Source: Acidobacteriota bacterium (GTDB lineage Bacteria > Acidobacteriota > UBA890 > WLXD01). From it: a DNA stretch of 64,000 bases. The translations under genes were made by a program, and so were the position numbers. Below, piece after piece: positions 1-10,520 of this stretch; positions within the stretch are counted from its first letter, which is position 1; every line of letters begins with the position of its first letter. The stretch spans positions 1 through 64,000 of the forward strand of contig CAXWPH010000013.1 in assembly GCA_963666055.2 (NCBI GenBank), in the 5' to 3' direction. A model generated the notes under the pieces. That model had not been told where the DNA came from. It was given only the letters and a program-made list of their open reading frames with translations, and made no database searches.

Positions 1-855
1 TTGGGGCTAGGCGGCGCGGTCACCCCTCCACTCGTCGCCTGGCTCATGCTCGAGATCGGCTGGCGGGGAGCCTTCTATGCCACTGCCCCGCTGGCCCTGC
101 TGGGCGCGTGGATCTGGTGGCGACTAAGCCGTGACGATCCGCGCGAGCACTGGGCCACCAACGCCGCCGAGATCGCGCTGATTCGTGCCGGTCGAGAGAA
201 TGCGGCGAACCGTGGCAGCTGCAACGGCGAGCCTTCCACCCAGGCACCGGAGACCGCCGCCTGGAGGCGGCTGCTGCGCAACCGCAACATACTTCTCATC
301 ACCTTCAGTTACTTCTCGATGAATTACGTCTTCTATATCTTCTTCAACTGGTTCTACATCTATCTCGTCGAGGTGCGCGGATTCGGCATGCTGGCCGGTG
401 GCTTCGTCGCCTCCCTGCCATGGCTCGCGGGGGCGGTCATGGCGTCGGTCGGCGGCGAGACATGCGACCGGCTGTGTCAACGGCTCGGCCCGCGCTGGGG
501 CTGCCGGCTGCCGTGCGCCGTGGCGATGCCGCTCGTCGGCGTCTTCCTCTTGCTCGGCGCGCTGGCGGAGAGCGCTCCCTGGGCGATCTTCTTCCTGACG
601 ATCTGCTTCAGCCTCACGCAATTCACCGAGGGCAGCTACTGGGCGGGCACGAGCTTCGTGGCTAGAAGACACACCTACAACGCAGCCGGCATCCTGAACA
701 CCGGGGGCAATCTGGCCGGTGTGGTGTCCGCGCCGCTGATTCCGATCTTCGTAGGCTGGTTCGGATGGGTTGGCGCCCTCGGCACCGGCTCTGTGATGGC
801 GATCGTGGCCGGGCTCCTGTGGTTCTGGATACGCGTGGACGAGCCCTTCGAGTAA
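1..855 (+). CDS. MFS transporter (anion:cation symporter-like), 5'-truncated by window
   Basis: Many TM helices; 'GWRGAF', 'FFNWFYIYLVEVRGF' and 'GILNTGGNLAG' motifs typical of ACS-family MFS. Confidence 0.85.
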   Translation: MGLGGAVTPPLVAWLMLEIGWRGAFYATAPLALLGAWIWWRLSRDDPREHWATNAAEIALIRAGRENAANRGSCNGEPSTQAPETAAWRRLLRNRNILLITFSYFSMNYVFYIFFNWFYIYLVEVRGFGMLAGGFVASLPWLAGAVMASVGGETCDRLCQRLGPRWGCRLPCAVAMPLVGVFLLLGALAESAPWAIFFLTICFSLTQFTEGSYWAGTSFVARRHTYNAAGILNTGGNLAGVVSAPLIPIFVGWFGWVGALGTGSVMAIVAGLLWFWIRVDEPFE

Positions 856-910
856 ATCGCGACGGGCTCGCGAGCCGCCCCGCGGGGGTCCGATTCGGGC
901 GTTCCACGCC

Positions 911-2463
911 TCAGGATCGATCGACGACCAGCAGTTGGTTCGCCGCCACGCGGCCGAGCGATTGTGTCTCGCCATCGGGCCAGACCACACCCACCCGGGC
1001 ATGGGTCGCCCGGTCGAGACCGAAATGCGCCTCGATCGGGTTCTGCGAGACGTAGTTACTGCCACACCGCAGCTCGCGCATCTGCGTGACGCCGTTGGCG
1101 GTCACGAACACTCTCGCCCCGACCCCGGCCGTGTTCGGCCCGTCATCCACTAATACAACATCGAGGAACGATCGCCCGTTGCCGCCATCATTGCGATACA
1201 GGCGCGGCAGATCGTTGTGGTTCCCCACCAGAATGTCGGTATCGCCATCGCGGTCGTAGTCAAAGCAGGCGACGGCGCGGCCGGAGCCCTGGTCGGCGAT
1301 GCCGTGCCTCTCGCCGCGCTCGCGGAAACGACCACGGGTGTTCATGAACGGCCTTGATCTATCGGCACCATAGGTGAACCAGCCGTTGGTGTGGAAGATG
1401 TCCAGCCAGCCATCGTTGTCGAAGTCGGCGAAGCACGCACCCATCCCCAGCCGCCGTCGCGCACCCGAGCTCGGCTGGTGACATGGCTGAAGACCCCGTC
1501 GCCATGATTGCGATACAGACGATTGCCGCTGTTCGGGTTGGACTCGTACCAGACGCTGGTCACGAACCAGTCCAAATCGCCATCGTTGTCGTAGTCTCCG
1601 ACGGCAGCGCCCATGCCGCTCTGGTCGGTGGTCTCGACCCAGCCGCGCCCGCGGTCATTGAGGAACACACGGCTGGTGCGCAAGTCGGCGGCGACCAACA
1701 GGTCGGGCCAGCCGTCGGAGTTGATATCCGCGAAGTTCGGCGTAAACGAGTAGTCCTCCTCGTAGCTCGGCAGCTTCCACTGCGGGTCGGCGATTCTGAA
1801 GGCCCCGGCGCCGTCGGGCTGCCACAGGTGATCGCCGGCGCAGCCATCGCGGCAGTTCAGGTCCCAGTGCGTCATCGCGAGATCAAGGTCACCGTCACCA
1901 TCGATATCCGCCAGCGCAGTCGAGAACGTGTTCTTCGCAGTCCGTACAGTCGCGCCGGCGCCGGTATCGATGAAACGGGTACCGGGGCCGCCAGTAAGAA
2001 ACCGCGGCTGACCCGAGCTGACGCTGCCACTAATCAGGTCGAGCCACCCATCGCCGGTGTAATCTGCCAGCGTTGGCCCAGTGGCCCACACGTCGAGGCC
2101 AGCGATCGGCTGCGGTTTCGCGAACGTCCCATCGCGCAGGTTCATCAACAAGGCCGGCTTACCCGCATCGGCGCGCACCAGAATCAGGTCGACGAAGCCG
2201 TCGCCATCCACGTCTCCGGTAGCGATGCCGCCCGAGGCCCAGGCAGCCATCCCGATGTCTGAGACGTTACCGTCGAAGCGATGTTCGACGGCCAATCCGG
2301 CCGGCTCGGTGACGTCGGTGAACATCAGCTTCACGTCGACCGCACGATCCGGCGGCGCGGTCGGCACCGCTGCAGCCATGGCAAGGGTGGCCCCGAGCAA
2401 CGCGCCGAGGCGCAGAGCACTGCGAGCGACAATGCTGGCGGCCGGCCGGCCGCTCAACCGCAT
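911..2463 (-). CDS. FG-GAP/CRTAC1-type repeat protein with C-terminal ASPIC/UnbV domain; -1 frameshift near 1443
   Basis: Repeated DxDGDGxxDL motifs. ORFs 1342-2604 and 911-1444 join at GWGW/GACFADFD. ATG at 2463 follows GGAGGA. Confidence 0.85.
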
Positions 2464-2543
2464 AGTGCGTTCCTCCAGTAGGTAGGCCGGTCGATCCGCC
2501 TGGGCCGGAGAGCCGACGAACTCGGACATCGTATCCGCCGCGC

Positions 2544-2715
2544 CTAGCAGGCCGTGGTGAAAGTGTGGTGGGTCTGGCGACAGGGTCTTGCGAAGTGCAG
2601 GCAAGGAGAGAGGAGGAGGCGATGGTTACCCCATCGTTGACGAGGAACGACGCAGCATGCGCGCGCAACCCCCTGTCGCCCGAAGGGTTACCACACTTTC
2701 ACCACGGCCTGCTAG
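2544..2715. mobile_element. CTAG-flanked MITE-like element, short form
   Basis: CTAG-CAGGCCGTGGTGAAAGTGTGGT ... ACCACACTTTCACCACGGCCTG-CTAG terminal inverted repeat; near-identical to 12597-12875. Confidence 0.85.
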
Positions 2716-4403
2716 CGCTTCAGCAGCAACCTGCCGTGGCGCGCACCGTTGTACTCGCCAGCGTCGATACTCACGCCGCCGTTGACAATCACGTAGTCGA
2801 TGCCGGTGGCATAACGGTGTGCGTCGGCCCACGTCGCCCGATCTTCGACGCGCCCGGGATCGAAGATGGCCAGATCTGCCTTGAACCCTTCGGCGATCAG
2901 GCCACGGTCTCTCATGCCGAGAAACTGGGCCGGCAACGAGGTCATTTTTCGTATCGCGTCGACTAGCGTAAGCACGCCCTCGTCACGCACATACTGACGG
3001 AGCGCCACCGCCTGGCTGGCGAACGAGCGCGGGTGGCTGGGAACAGGGTAGCTGGCGGGTGCGAACGGGCCGGCACCATCGCTGCTGATCATCACCCACG
3101 GCTGCGCCATCGCGTGCCGCAGATCATCGGGTGACATCGAGCCCCCGGCGAACAACATGTCGGGCTCGTCGAGAACCAGGTCGACGACGATGTCGAAGCC
3201 GTCCCTGCCCTGCTCCCGCTCGAGGTCCAGCAGGTTCTTATCCAGTAACGCGGGGTGCCTGGAGGTGTGCTTGATGCGGAAGTCCTGCCAACCCCATTTG
3301 GCCACTGCACTCCAGTCAGCGTCGCGCTCCTCGTACGTCGAGGCTCGCATCAACTGCCGTTGACTGTCGTCGCGCAGCGCTTCTTGAAGCGCCGCCACGT
3401 AGCGCGAGCGAGCACTGATCCTCTCCTCGTGCGACAGCCCGCGGTCGCGACTCCGGTCCCGCAGCTCGGCCAACTCCTCCATATCGTTGGGCACATCCAC
3501 CAGCGCGGTAATGTACCCGAACGGCGCGGACTGATCCCATGGGTACTGATCAGCGGTTATCGAGACGCCGCGATCCCGCGCTGCCTGAATCAGCTCGACG
3601 GCCTCGGTCATCAAGCCCCACTGCAATCGTCCGGCCGCTTTCATATGAGTGACGTTCACTGGCACTCCAGCACCCTCGCTGATATGCACGATCTCGCGGA
3701 TCGAATCGAGCAGACGAATGCCCTCATCCCGCATATGAGAGATGTAGACACCTTCGAACTCACCCACCGGCTTGGTAGCCTCGATGAGCTCCTCGGTACT
3801 GGCGTGGAGGTGCAGGCCCTCGTACTCGAGCCCGGCGCTGATTCCCCATGAGCCCTCACGCATCGCCTGCCGTACGAGGGACTGAATCTGCTCGATCTCG
3901 TCGGCGCTAGCGGCGCGCAGGAAGTCGTACCCCATGACCTCGCGGCGCACAGTGTTGAACCCGACTATATGGACGGCGTTCAAACCCATGCCGTTCGCCT
4001 CCCATCGGGCCTTGGTCTCGGAGACGCGATGCGACGCGCCGCCGTCGGACCCGGGCCGGACAGTCGTCACACCCTGGTGCAGGTAGTTGAGGATGGCGGC
4101 GGTGTCGGGCTGGTCGAAGCCACGGTCGACGTGCGTATGCATGTCGATAAATCCGGGGCTGACGACCTTGCCCCTGGCATCGATCGTGCGCGCTGCCCGT
4201 CTGTCCGAGAGGTCGCCGATCTCGACGATCGTGTCCCCGATGATGCCGACATCGGCGGCGTACCAGGGATTGCCAGTGCCATCGATGATCCTGCCGCCCT
4301 CGATCAACAGGTCGAAATTGGCAGCGCTCGGCGACGCGTATCCAGAGAGGCAATAGATCGCCACCACGGCGATCGGCCAGCGGGATGTCATTCGGACTCG
4401 CAT
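2712..4403 (-). CDS. N-acyl-D-amino-acid deacylase family amidohydrolase, signal peptide
   Basis: 'SPGFIDMHTH', 'SHMRDEG', 'HPRSF' and 'KMTSLPA...RG.I..G..AD' motifs. Confidence 0.88.
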   Translation of the reverse strand: MRVRMTSRWPIAVVAIYCLSGYASPSAANFDLLIEGGRIIDGTGNPWYAADVGIIGDTIVEIGDLSDRRAARTIDARGKVVSPGFIDMHTHVDRGFDQPDTAAILNYLHQGVTTVRPGSDGGASHRVSETKARWEANGMGLNAVHIVGFNTVRREVMGYDFLRAASADEIEQIQSLVRQAMREGSWGISAGLEYEGLHLHASTEELIEATKPVGEFEGVYISHMRDEGIRLLDSIREIVHISEGAGVPVNVTHMKAAGRLQWGLMTEAVELIQAARDRGVSITADQYPWDQSAPFGYITALVDVPNDMEELAELRDRSRDRGLSHEERISARSRYVAALQEALRDDSQRQLMRASTYEERDADWSAVAKWGWQDFRIKHTSRHPALLDKNLLDLEREQGRDGFDIVVDLVLDEPDMLFAGGSMSPDDLRHAMAQPWVMISSDGAGPFAPASYPVPSHPRSFASQAVALRQYVRDEGVLTLVDAIRKMTSLPAQFLGMRDRGLIAEGFKADLAIFDPGRVEDRATWADAHRYATGIDYVIVNGGVSIDAGEYNGARHGRLLLKR

Positions 4404-4540
4404 CGTTTCGCGTTCTCCAGCTACACCATTGGCTTGATAGGTCGCCTGTGCAGGCTACAATCCGCGCACGGCCCAGTGTAGCCGTCGGCTTCCGAACCAG
4501 TGGGCCGGTGACTCATGGTGTCCGCACCGGGAGGAGCAGC

Positions 4541-6082
4541 TTGACCGACAGGCGCACTGGCAGGCGGCGCGGTGGCGGGCGCGAGGCCCGCAAGGCGGCC
4601 CGGGCAGCGGCGCGCCCAGTCGCGGCCCCCTTCCTCACGCGCGCGCTCTCCCCAGTCGATCTGGTCGGCGACGAGGGCCTCGAGATCATCGAGCGCAACG
4701 CCGACACGATCCTCCAAGAGGCCGGCATCGAGTTTCGCGACTACCCTCGTGCCTTGGAGCTGCTAGGCAAGGCGGGGGCCGATATCGATGGCGAGCGCGT
4801 CCGGTTTCCGTCTGGCATGTGTCGTCAGATTGTCGGTTCGAACGCACCCCGGACCTATGTTCAGCACGCCCGCAACGCGGCGCGAAGCGTCACCATCGGG
4901 GGTGACGGGACGGTGTTCGTCCCCAACTACGGCTCGCCGTTCGTGACCGATCTCGATCGTGGTCGGCGTTACGGCACAATCGAGGACTTCCAGAACTTCG
5001 TGAAGCTGGCGTATCTGTCGCCCTACATTCATCACTCCGGCGGAACGGTCTGCGAACCCGTCGATGTGCCGGTCAACAAGCGGCATCTCGACATGGTGTA
5101 TGCCCATATCCGCTACAGCGACAAGCCGTTCATGGGCTCGGTGACAGCAGGGGAGCGCGCCGAGGACAGCTTCGAGCTAGCGCGCATTGCCTTCGGCGGC
5201 GATCTCGGCGATCGCACCGTGATGACCAGCCTGGTCAACGCCTCATCTCCCCTCGTATGGGACGCCTCGATGCTGGCGGCGATGGAGGTGTACGCACAAC
5301 ATAATCAGGCCAACTTGATCACGCCGTTCATACTCGCTGGTGCGATGGGCCCGGTAACCGTCGCCGGCGTCGCGGCTCAGACCCTGGCAGAAGCACTGGC
5401 CGGTATGACCTTCGTCCAGCTCGTCCGACCCGGCGCCCCGGTGATCTTCGGCTCGTTCGCCAGCTCGATGTCGATGCAAACCGGCGCTCCGACCTTCGGT
5501 ACACCGGAAGCCGCTTTGACGCTCTACGTTGTCGCCGCCCTGGCGCGACGGCTCGGTGTGCCGTTCCGTTCCGGCGGGGCTCTCACAGCATCCAAGACGG
5601 CCGACGCCCAGGCGGCCTACGAGAGCCAGGCGACACTGATTCCAACTCTGATGGCGGGAGTGAACTTCGTCATGCACGCGGCTGGCTGGTTGGAGGGCGG
5701 CCTTACCGTCGGCTACGAGAAATTCGTCATGGATGCCGATCAACTCGGGATGATGCAGGTCTTCGCCAAGGGGATCGATCTCTCCGACAATGGTCAGGCG
5801 CTAGACGCGATTCTCGAAAACGAGCCCGGACAGCACTTCCTCGGCACGGCCCACACGCTGGCAAACTTCGAGCAAGCCTTCTATCGCTCGCCTGTGGCCG
5901 ACAACTCCAGCTTCGAGCAGTGGGAGGAGGAAGGCAGCACGACCGCCGTGCAGCGGGCCAATGTCCTCTGGAAGGAGCAGTTGGCCTCGTACGAGCCGCC
6001 ACCGATCGATGCGGCGATCGATGAGGAGCTGCTGGAGTTCATCGCGCGCCGCAAGGCGTCAATGCCCGACGCCTTCGTCTAG
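4541..6082 (+). CDS. Trimethylamine methyltransferase (MttB) superfamily protein, non-pyrrolysine (MtgB-like)
   Basis: 'CEPVDVPVNKRHLDM', 'GAPTFGTPE' and 'SKTADAQAAYES' motifs; no in-frame amber codon; TTG at 4541 follows GGAGGAG. Confidence 0.92.
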   Translation: MTDRRTGRRRGGGREARKAARAAARPVAAPFLTRALSPVDLVGDEGLEIIERNADTILQEAGIEFRDYPRALELLGKAGADIDGERVRFPSGMCRQIVGSNAPRTYVQHARNAARSVTIGGDGTVFVPNYGSPFVTDLDRGRRYGTIEDFQNFVKLAYLSPYIHHSGGTVCEPVDVPVNKRHLDMVYAHIRYSDKPFMGSVTAGERAEDSFELARIAFGGDLGDRTVMTSLVNASSPLVWDASMLAAMEVYAQHNQANLITPFILAGAMGPVTVAGVAAQTLAEALAGMTFVQLVRPGAPVIFGSFASSMSMQTGAPTFGTPEAALTLYVVAALARRLGVPFRSGGALTASKTADAQAAYESQATLIPTLMAGVNFVMHAAGWLEGGLTVGYEKFVMDADQLGMMQVFAKGIDLSDNGQALDAILENEPGQHFLGTAHTLANFEQAFYRSPVADNSSFEQWEEEGSTTAVQRANVLWKEQLASYEPPPIDAAIDEELLEFIARRKASMPDAFV

Positions 6083-6115
6083 CAGGCCCACAACACTTCC
6101 ATCACCGCCTGCTAG
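6079..6115. repeat. 37-bp remnant of the CTAG MITE between convergent stop codons
   Basis: CTAGCAGGC...CCCACAACACTTCCATCACCGCCTGCTAG resembles the right end of 12597-12875. Confidence 0.7.
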
Positions 6116-7077
6116 CCGCGCTTCTTGACCTCGGCCACCAGAGCCGGGACCACCTCGTGCAAGTCGCCGATGACACCGTAGTCTGCCTTGGAAAAAAACG
6201 GCGCTTCGCGATCGGTGTTGATCACCAAGATGTGCTTGGCACCCTTGCAGCCCACCAGATGCTGGATAGCGCCGCTGATCCCGCAGGCGATATACAGTTG
6301 CGGCGCAATGCGGGTACCGGTCAGGCCGACCTGATTCGTATGCGGCCGCCAGCCGTTATTTGTGGCGACGCGCGAGCCACCGACAATTCCTCCCAGGACC
6401 GCGGCCAGTTCTTCCAGCACTGCGAACCCCTCGGCGCTGCCGACGCCGCGACCGCCGCCGACAACCACCCGAGCTGTCTTCAGTGTAACGCCCGAGCTCG
6501 CGGTCTCGTCCCGCCGCGTCACCTTGACCCTGAGGTCGGCCTCCGAGAGCGTCGGCTCGAAATCTTCCACGGTCACGGTGTCGCAACGAGCCTCCGTCGC
6601 CTCGACGGTGTGAGGCGCGACGCTCAAGAGCTTGATCTCACCGCTAAGCTCAGCCTCCTCCAGCAAGCTGCTACCCCAGCGCAATCGGAGGACCCGGTAC
6701 ACATCCCCGGCCTCCACTTGCGCGCAGTTCGCCGCCATGGCCAGCCCGGTCTTGGCCGCCACATGCGCGAGAACCTCGTTGCCGCGGTCCGAGCCCGCCG
6801 CCAGGATCGCCTGCGCACCGCGAGCTCGCCCCAGCTGAACGACCGCCTCCGCCCATGCCGCGGGCGCGTAGTCGTCCAGCTGCGGATGGGTAACTCGGTG
6901 GATCGCCGCCATGCCGAACGGTTTGATGGTCTCCTCCAGCGATGCTGCGTCGTCGCCGATCAGCGCTGCCTCGAGCGAGGTTCCCGTTTGCTCGGCGAGG
7001 CCACGGCCCAGGGTGAGCATCTGCAGAGAGGTCGCCTCGATCACCCCGCGGTCGTGCTCGATGATTCCCAGAATCAT
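6112..7077 (-). CDS. etfA: Electron transfer flavoprotein alpha subunit
   Basis: 'VVVGGGRG', 'QVGLTG' and 'LYIACGISGAIQHLVG' motifs. Confidence 0.95.
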   Translation of the reverse strand: MILGIIEHDRGVIEATSLQMLTLGRGLAEQTGTSLEAALIGDDAASLEETIKPFGMAAIHRVTHPQLDDYAPAAWAEAVVQLGRARGAQAILAAGSDRGNEVLAHVAAKTGLAMAANCAQVEAGDVYRVLRLRWGSSLLEEAELSGEIKLLSVAPHTVEATEARCDTVTVEDFEPTLSEADLRVKVTRRDETASSGVTLKTARVVVGGGRGVGSAEGFAVLEELAAVLGGIVGGSRVATNNGWRPHTNQVGLTGTRIAPQLYIACGISGAIQHLVGCKGAKHILVINTDREAPFFSKADYGVIGDLHEVVPALVAEVKKRG

Positions 7078-7841
7078 TCGAGCAACCCCAGCTTTTCGAG
7101 CAGTTCGACCACGCGTGGTGCCGCCGCCGGCCCCTCACCCAGAATCTCGACTTCCTTTCCTTGATCCGCCGGGTGGAGGACACGCTGCAAACGTAGGTCC
7201 CCCTCGCTATGCGACGGCGAGCTCCGGCTGAACGGCTTCTTCTTGGCACCCATGGTGCCGCGCAAAGACGGATATCGCGGCAGGTTCAGGCCCTCCTTGG
7301 TGGTGAGGACGACCGGCATCTGCACTTCGTAAACCTCCCATCCAGCAGCGATCTCACGCCTCGCCTGCAGCACGCCGCCGCGAATGTCGATGCCCTTGAC
7401 GCCGGTAACACAAGGCAGATCCAGTGCATGGGCCACCCGAACCCCGATCTGATAGCCACCGCTGTCGGCAGACTCGTTGCCGAAAATGATCAAGTCATAT
7501 TGGTGGCCGGAAGCCGCCTCCCGGCGTACCGATTCGACGATGGCCTCCGCGGTGCGCTGCGGATCCCAATCCTCGCCATCGATCTCCAACAGGATGGCGC
7601 GATCCATGCCGCGTGCCAGCGAGTCGCGCAGCTGCTCTTCGGCCTCCGCTGGGCCAAGCGTGAGCACCACGCCCTCGCCGCCCTCGCGCTCGATAATCTG
7701 CACCGCCTCCTCGACGGCGCACTCCTCATGCGGGCTGATGGTAAATCCCAGCCGCCTCGTGTCCACGGCGCGCTCGTCCTCGGTGAGCCGCAGCTTGGCT
7801 CCCGTGTCCGGGACACGCTTGACGCAGACGAGGATGTTCAT
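7074..7841 (-). CDS. etfB: Electron transfer flavoprotein beta subunit
   Basis: 'MNILVCVKRVPD', 'GNESADSG' and 'PRYPSL' motifs; overlaps the etfA start. Confidence 0.95.
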   Translation of the reverse strand: MNILVCVKRVPDTGAKLRLTEDERAVDTRRLGFTISPHEECAVEEAVQIIEREGGEGVVLTLGPAEAEEQLRDSLARGMDRAILLEIDGEDWDPQRTAEAIVESVRREAASGHQYDLIIFGNESADSGGYQIGVRVAHALDLPCVTGVKGIDIRGGVLQARREIAAGWEVYEVQMPVVLTTKEGLNLPRYPSLRGTMGAKKKPFSRSSPSHSEGDLRLQRVLHPADQGKEVEILGEGPAAAPRVVELLEKLGLLE

Positions 7842-10353
7842 TTCCGCATGCGCTCGTTGGCGGGATCGAAGAGCGGCTTGCTGCCTGCAACCGCCACCGT
7901 TACCGGATACTGCTCGGCGAAGTACTCCACCAGTAGCTCGGTGCCTTCTTGCGCGTGCTCCGGAGGCAGATACGCCATCAGTAGGTACTTCCCCACCGAC
8001 GGCCCGGCGCCAGCGCTCGTTGTGTATGAGCCGCGACCATGCGCATCGACGATCCGCTTGCCATCCTTGGTCAGCACCGGCTCGCGACCGAGCATGAACC
8101 GCGCTTCGCCCGATGACGATGTGTGGTCGTCAACGGTCAGTGTACACAGTGTCGCCGCCGGCTCGTTCTCTAGCGCTCGCGCGTAGGCCTCCCTGCCAAC
8201 GAAGTCCTGCTCCTTGACCGTCTTACGAGCAAGACCGGCCTCGACCGGGCTGGTGTCGCCCTCGAGCTCGGCACCGAACAGTCGGTATCCCTTTTCCAAC
8301 CGGCCCGTAGTGCCATACACGCCGATACCTGCGGGGATCAGCCCACTCGGCCGCCCCGCCTCCGACAACAGATCCCAGACGTAACGCCCGTTCTCCATCG
8401 GCATGTATAGCTCCCACCCGAGCTCTCCGACATAGGAGATACGCAGGGCCCATACAGGCACACGATCGACGACGATATGCTGTGCGGTACCGAACGGGAA
8501 GCCTGGTGCGAGACATCGTCACGGGTGAGCGACTGCAGGATATCGCGCGCCCGCGGCCCCCAGAGTCCCAGCGTGCAAAGCGCCGACGAGCGGTTGTCGA
8601 AGTGCGTCGACCCGTCGTCCGGCAGGTTGACCCGCAGCCACTTCTCGTCCCGGCTCCCGTCAGCGCCACCAGTTACGACGCGAAATGACTCGTCACCGGT
8701 GCGCATGATGGTCAGGTCGGATTTGAAGCCACCGTTGCGGTGCAACAGCGGCGTGTAGACGGCCCGGCCAACCGGCACATCCATCTGGTTTACCGCCATC
8801 TTCTGAACGTACCCCAGAGCGCCCGGGCCGGAAACGTCGAAGATCGCCAGCGCCGACAGATCGACCATCGCGGCACGATCGCGCATCGCCAGGTGCTCGG
8901 CATTGATGATCGGTGACCACCAACGCGCGTCCCATTCGTTCGGACGATCGGGTATGCGGTCCCGGTACTCCTCGAGCAGGCTCCGGTTGGAGTCGTACCA
9001 GTGCGGGCGCTCCCAACCGGCGGTTTCGTAGAACACCGCGCCCAGGGACTCTTCCTGAGCGTAGAAGGGGCTGCAGCGGACTCGCCGCGACGACTCCCAC
9101 TGCTCCATGGGGTGCACCACGCCGTAGATCTTGTTGAAGCTCTCACAGGCGCGCGCCACCACATGCGTGTTGGTGCGGGCGAACGGGTAGAGGCGCGAGA
9201 TGTCGAGCTCGTGGGGGTCGATCTCCGGCTGGCCGTCGACCATCCATTCGGCGATCATGCGCCCGACCCCGGGTCCCTCCTTGATCCAGACGGCGGCGGC
9301 CGACCATAGGTTCTTCACCTCGACCGTCTCGCCCAGCACCGGCTCCCCGTCAGGCGTAAGCGATAACAGCCCGTTGATGGCGTACTGGATCTCGACATCG
9401 TCGCGATCCAGTATTTCCGGCAGCAGCTCGATCGCATGAGCGAGCTGGGGATCGAAATCCTCGCGCGTGAACGGCATCTCGGTGGGCGACAGCGCCGCCT
9501 CGTCGTTGGACGGGATGTCGTCGGCGTTGTGGATGATCGGCCGATGCGCGTACGAGCCGATCTCCAGGTTGTTCCCCGCCTGGCGTTCATACATGAAGAC
9601 GCTCATATCGCGGATGATCGGGTACTCGATCTCGCTCTCGGCACCCTCGAAAGCCTCGATCGGTCCGACGTCGATCATCTGGTGGATGATCGGCGTCAGC
9701 GGGATCGTCGCCCCCGCCATCGCCGCAATGCGCGGGCTCCACACGCCGCAGGCGACGACCACGTGCTCGGCGGTCATGTCACCGCGCGAGGTGCGCACAC
9801 CCGTCACCCGACCGTTCTCCACATCAATGCCCAGGATCTCCGTGCTGGGGAACACGCTCAACGCTTCGAGCGCCTGGGCGCGCTCCCGCATGATGGTTCC
9901 GGCACGTAGCGAGTCGACGACGCCGACGGTGGGACTCCAATACGACCCCAGAATGACCTGCCGATCAATCCACGGGAACAGCTTCAGCGTTTCATCGGGG
10001 CTCAGCAGCTCGGCCTCGACGCCCCAACACTTGGCCGACTGTAGCCGGCGACGGAGCTCGATGAAGTGCGCCTCGTCGCGGGCCACCTCGAGGCCACCGC
10101 TCTGGCGGAACACGCCCATCTCTTCGTACTGGCGCGTGCTGTCGGCGGTGATCTCCGTCATCACCTTGGAGTGGTCCATCGGGTAGACAAAATTCGACGC
10201 GTGACCGGTCGAGCCACCCGGATTGGGCAGCGGCCCCTTGTCGACCTGCACGATGTCGCGCCAGCCCAGTCGGGCGAGGTGCCAGGCGAGGCTGTTTCCG
10301 ACGATGCCGGCGCCAACAACAACGACGTTGGCATGCTTGGGTAGCTCACGCAC
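7838..10353 (-). CDS. Dimethylglycine/sarcosine dehydrogenase (FAD oxidoreductase plus GcvT domain); frameshift near 8499
   Basis: GxGxxG, 'GSTGHA', 'GWERPHW' and 'RISYVGELGWE' motifs; adding one T restores HQAFPFGT. Confidence 0.9.
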
Positions 10354-10520
10354 TGAGCGCTCCTTGGTGATTCCCGCGTCCTGCTGGCGTTGGCCGCCAC
10401 TGTTCCGGGCTTGGGCTCGAAAGCCGGAACCGGTCTCTCAACTTGATCCGCGCATCCTATACCCTTGCAGCGCTGCGAATTGCTCAGTTGTGAAGCTCAC
10501 GCGAGGAACCCGGCGCGACC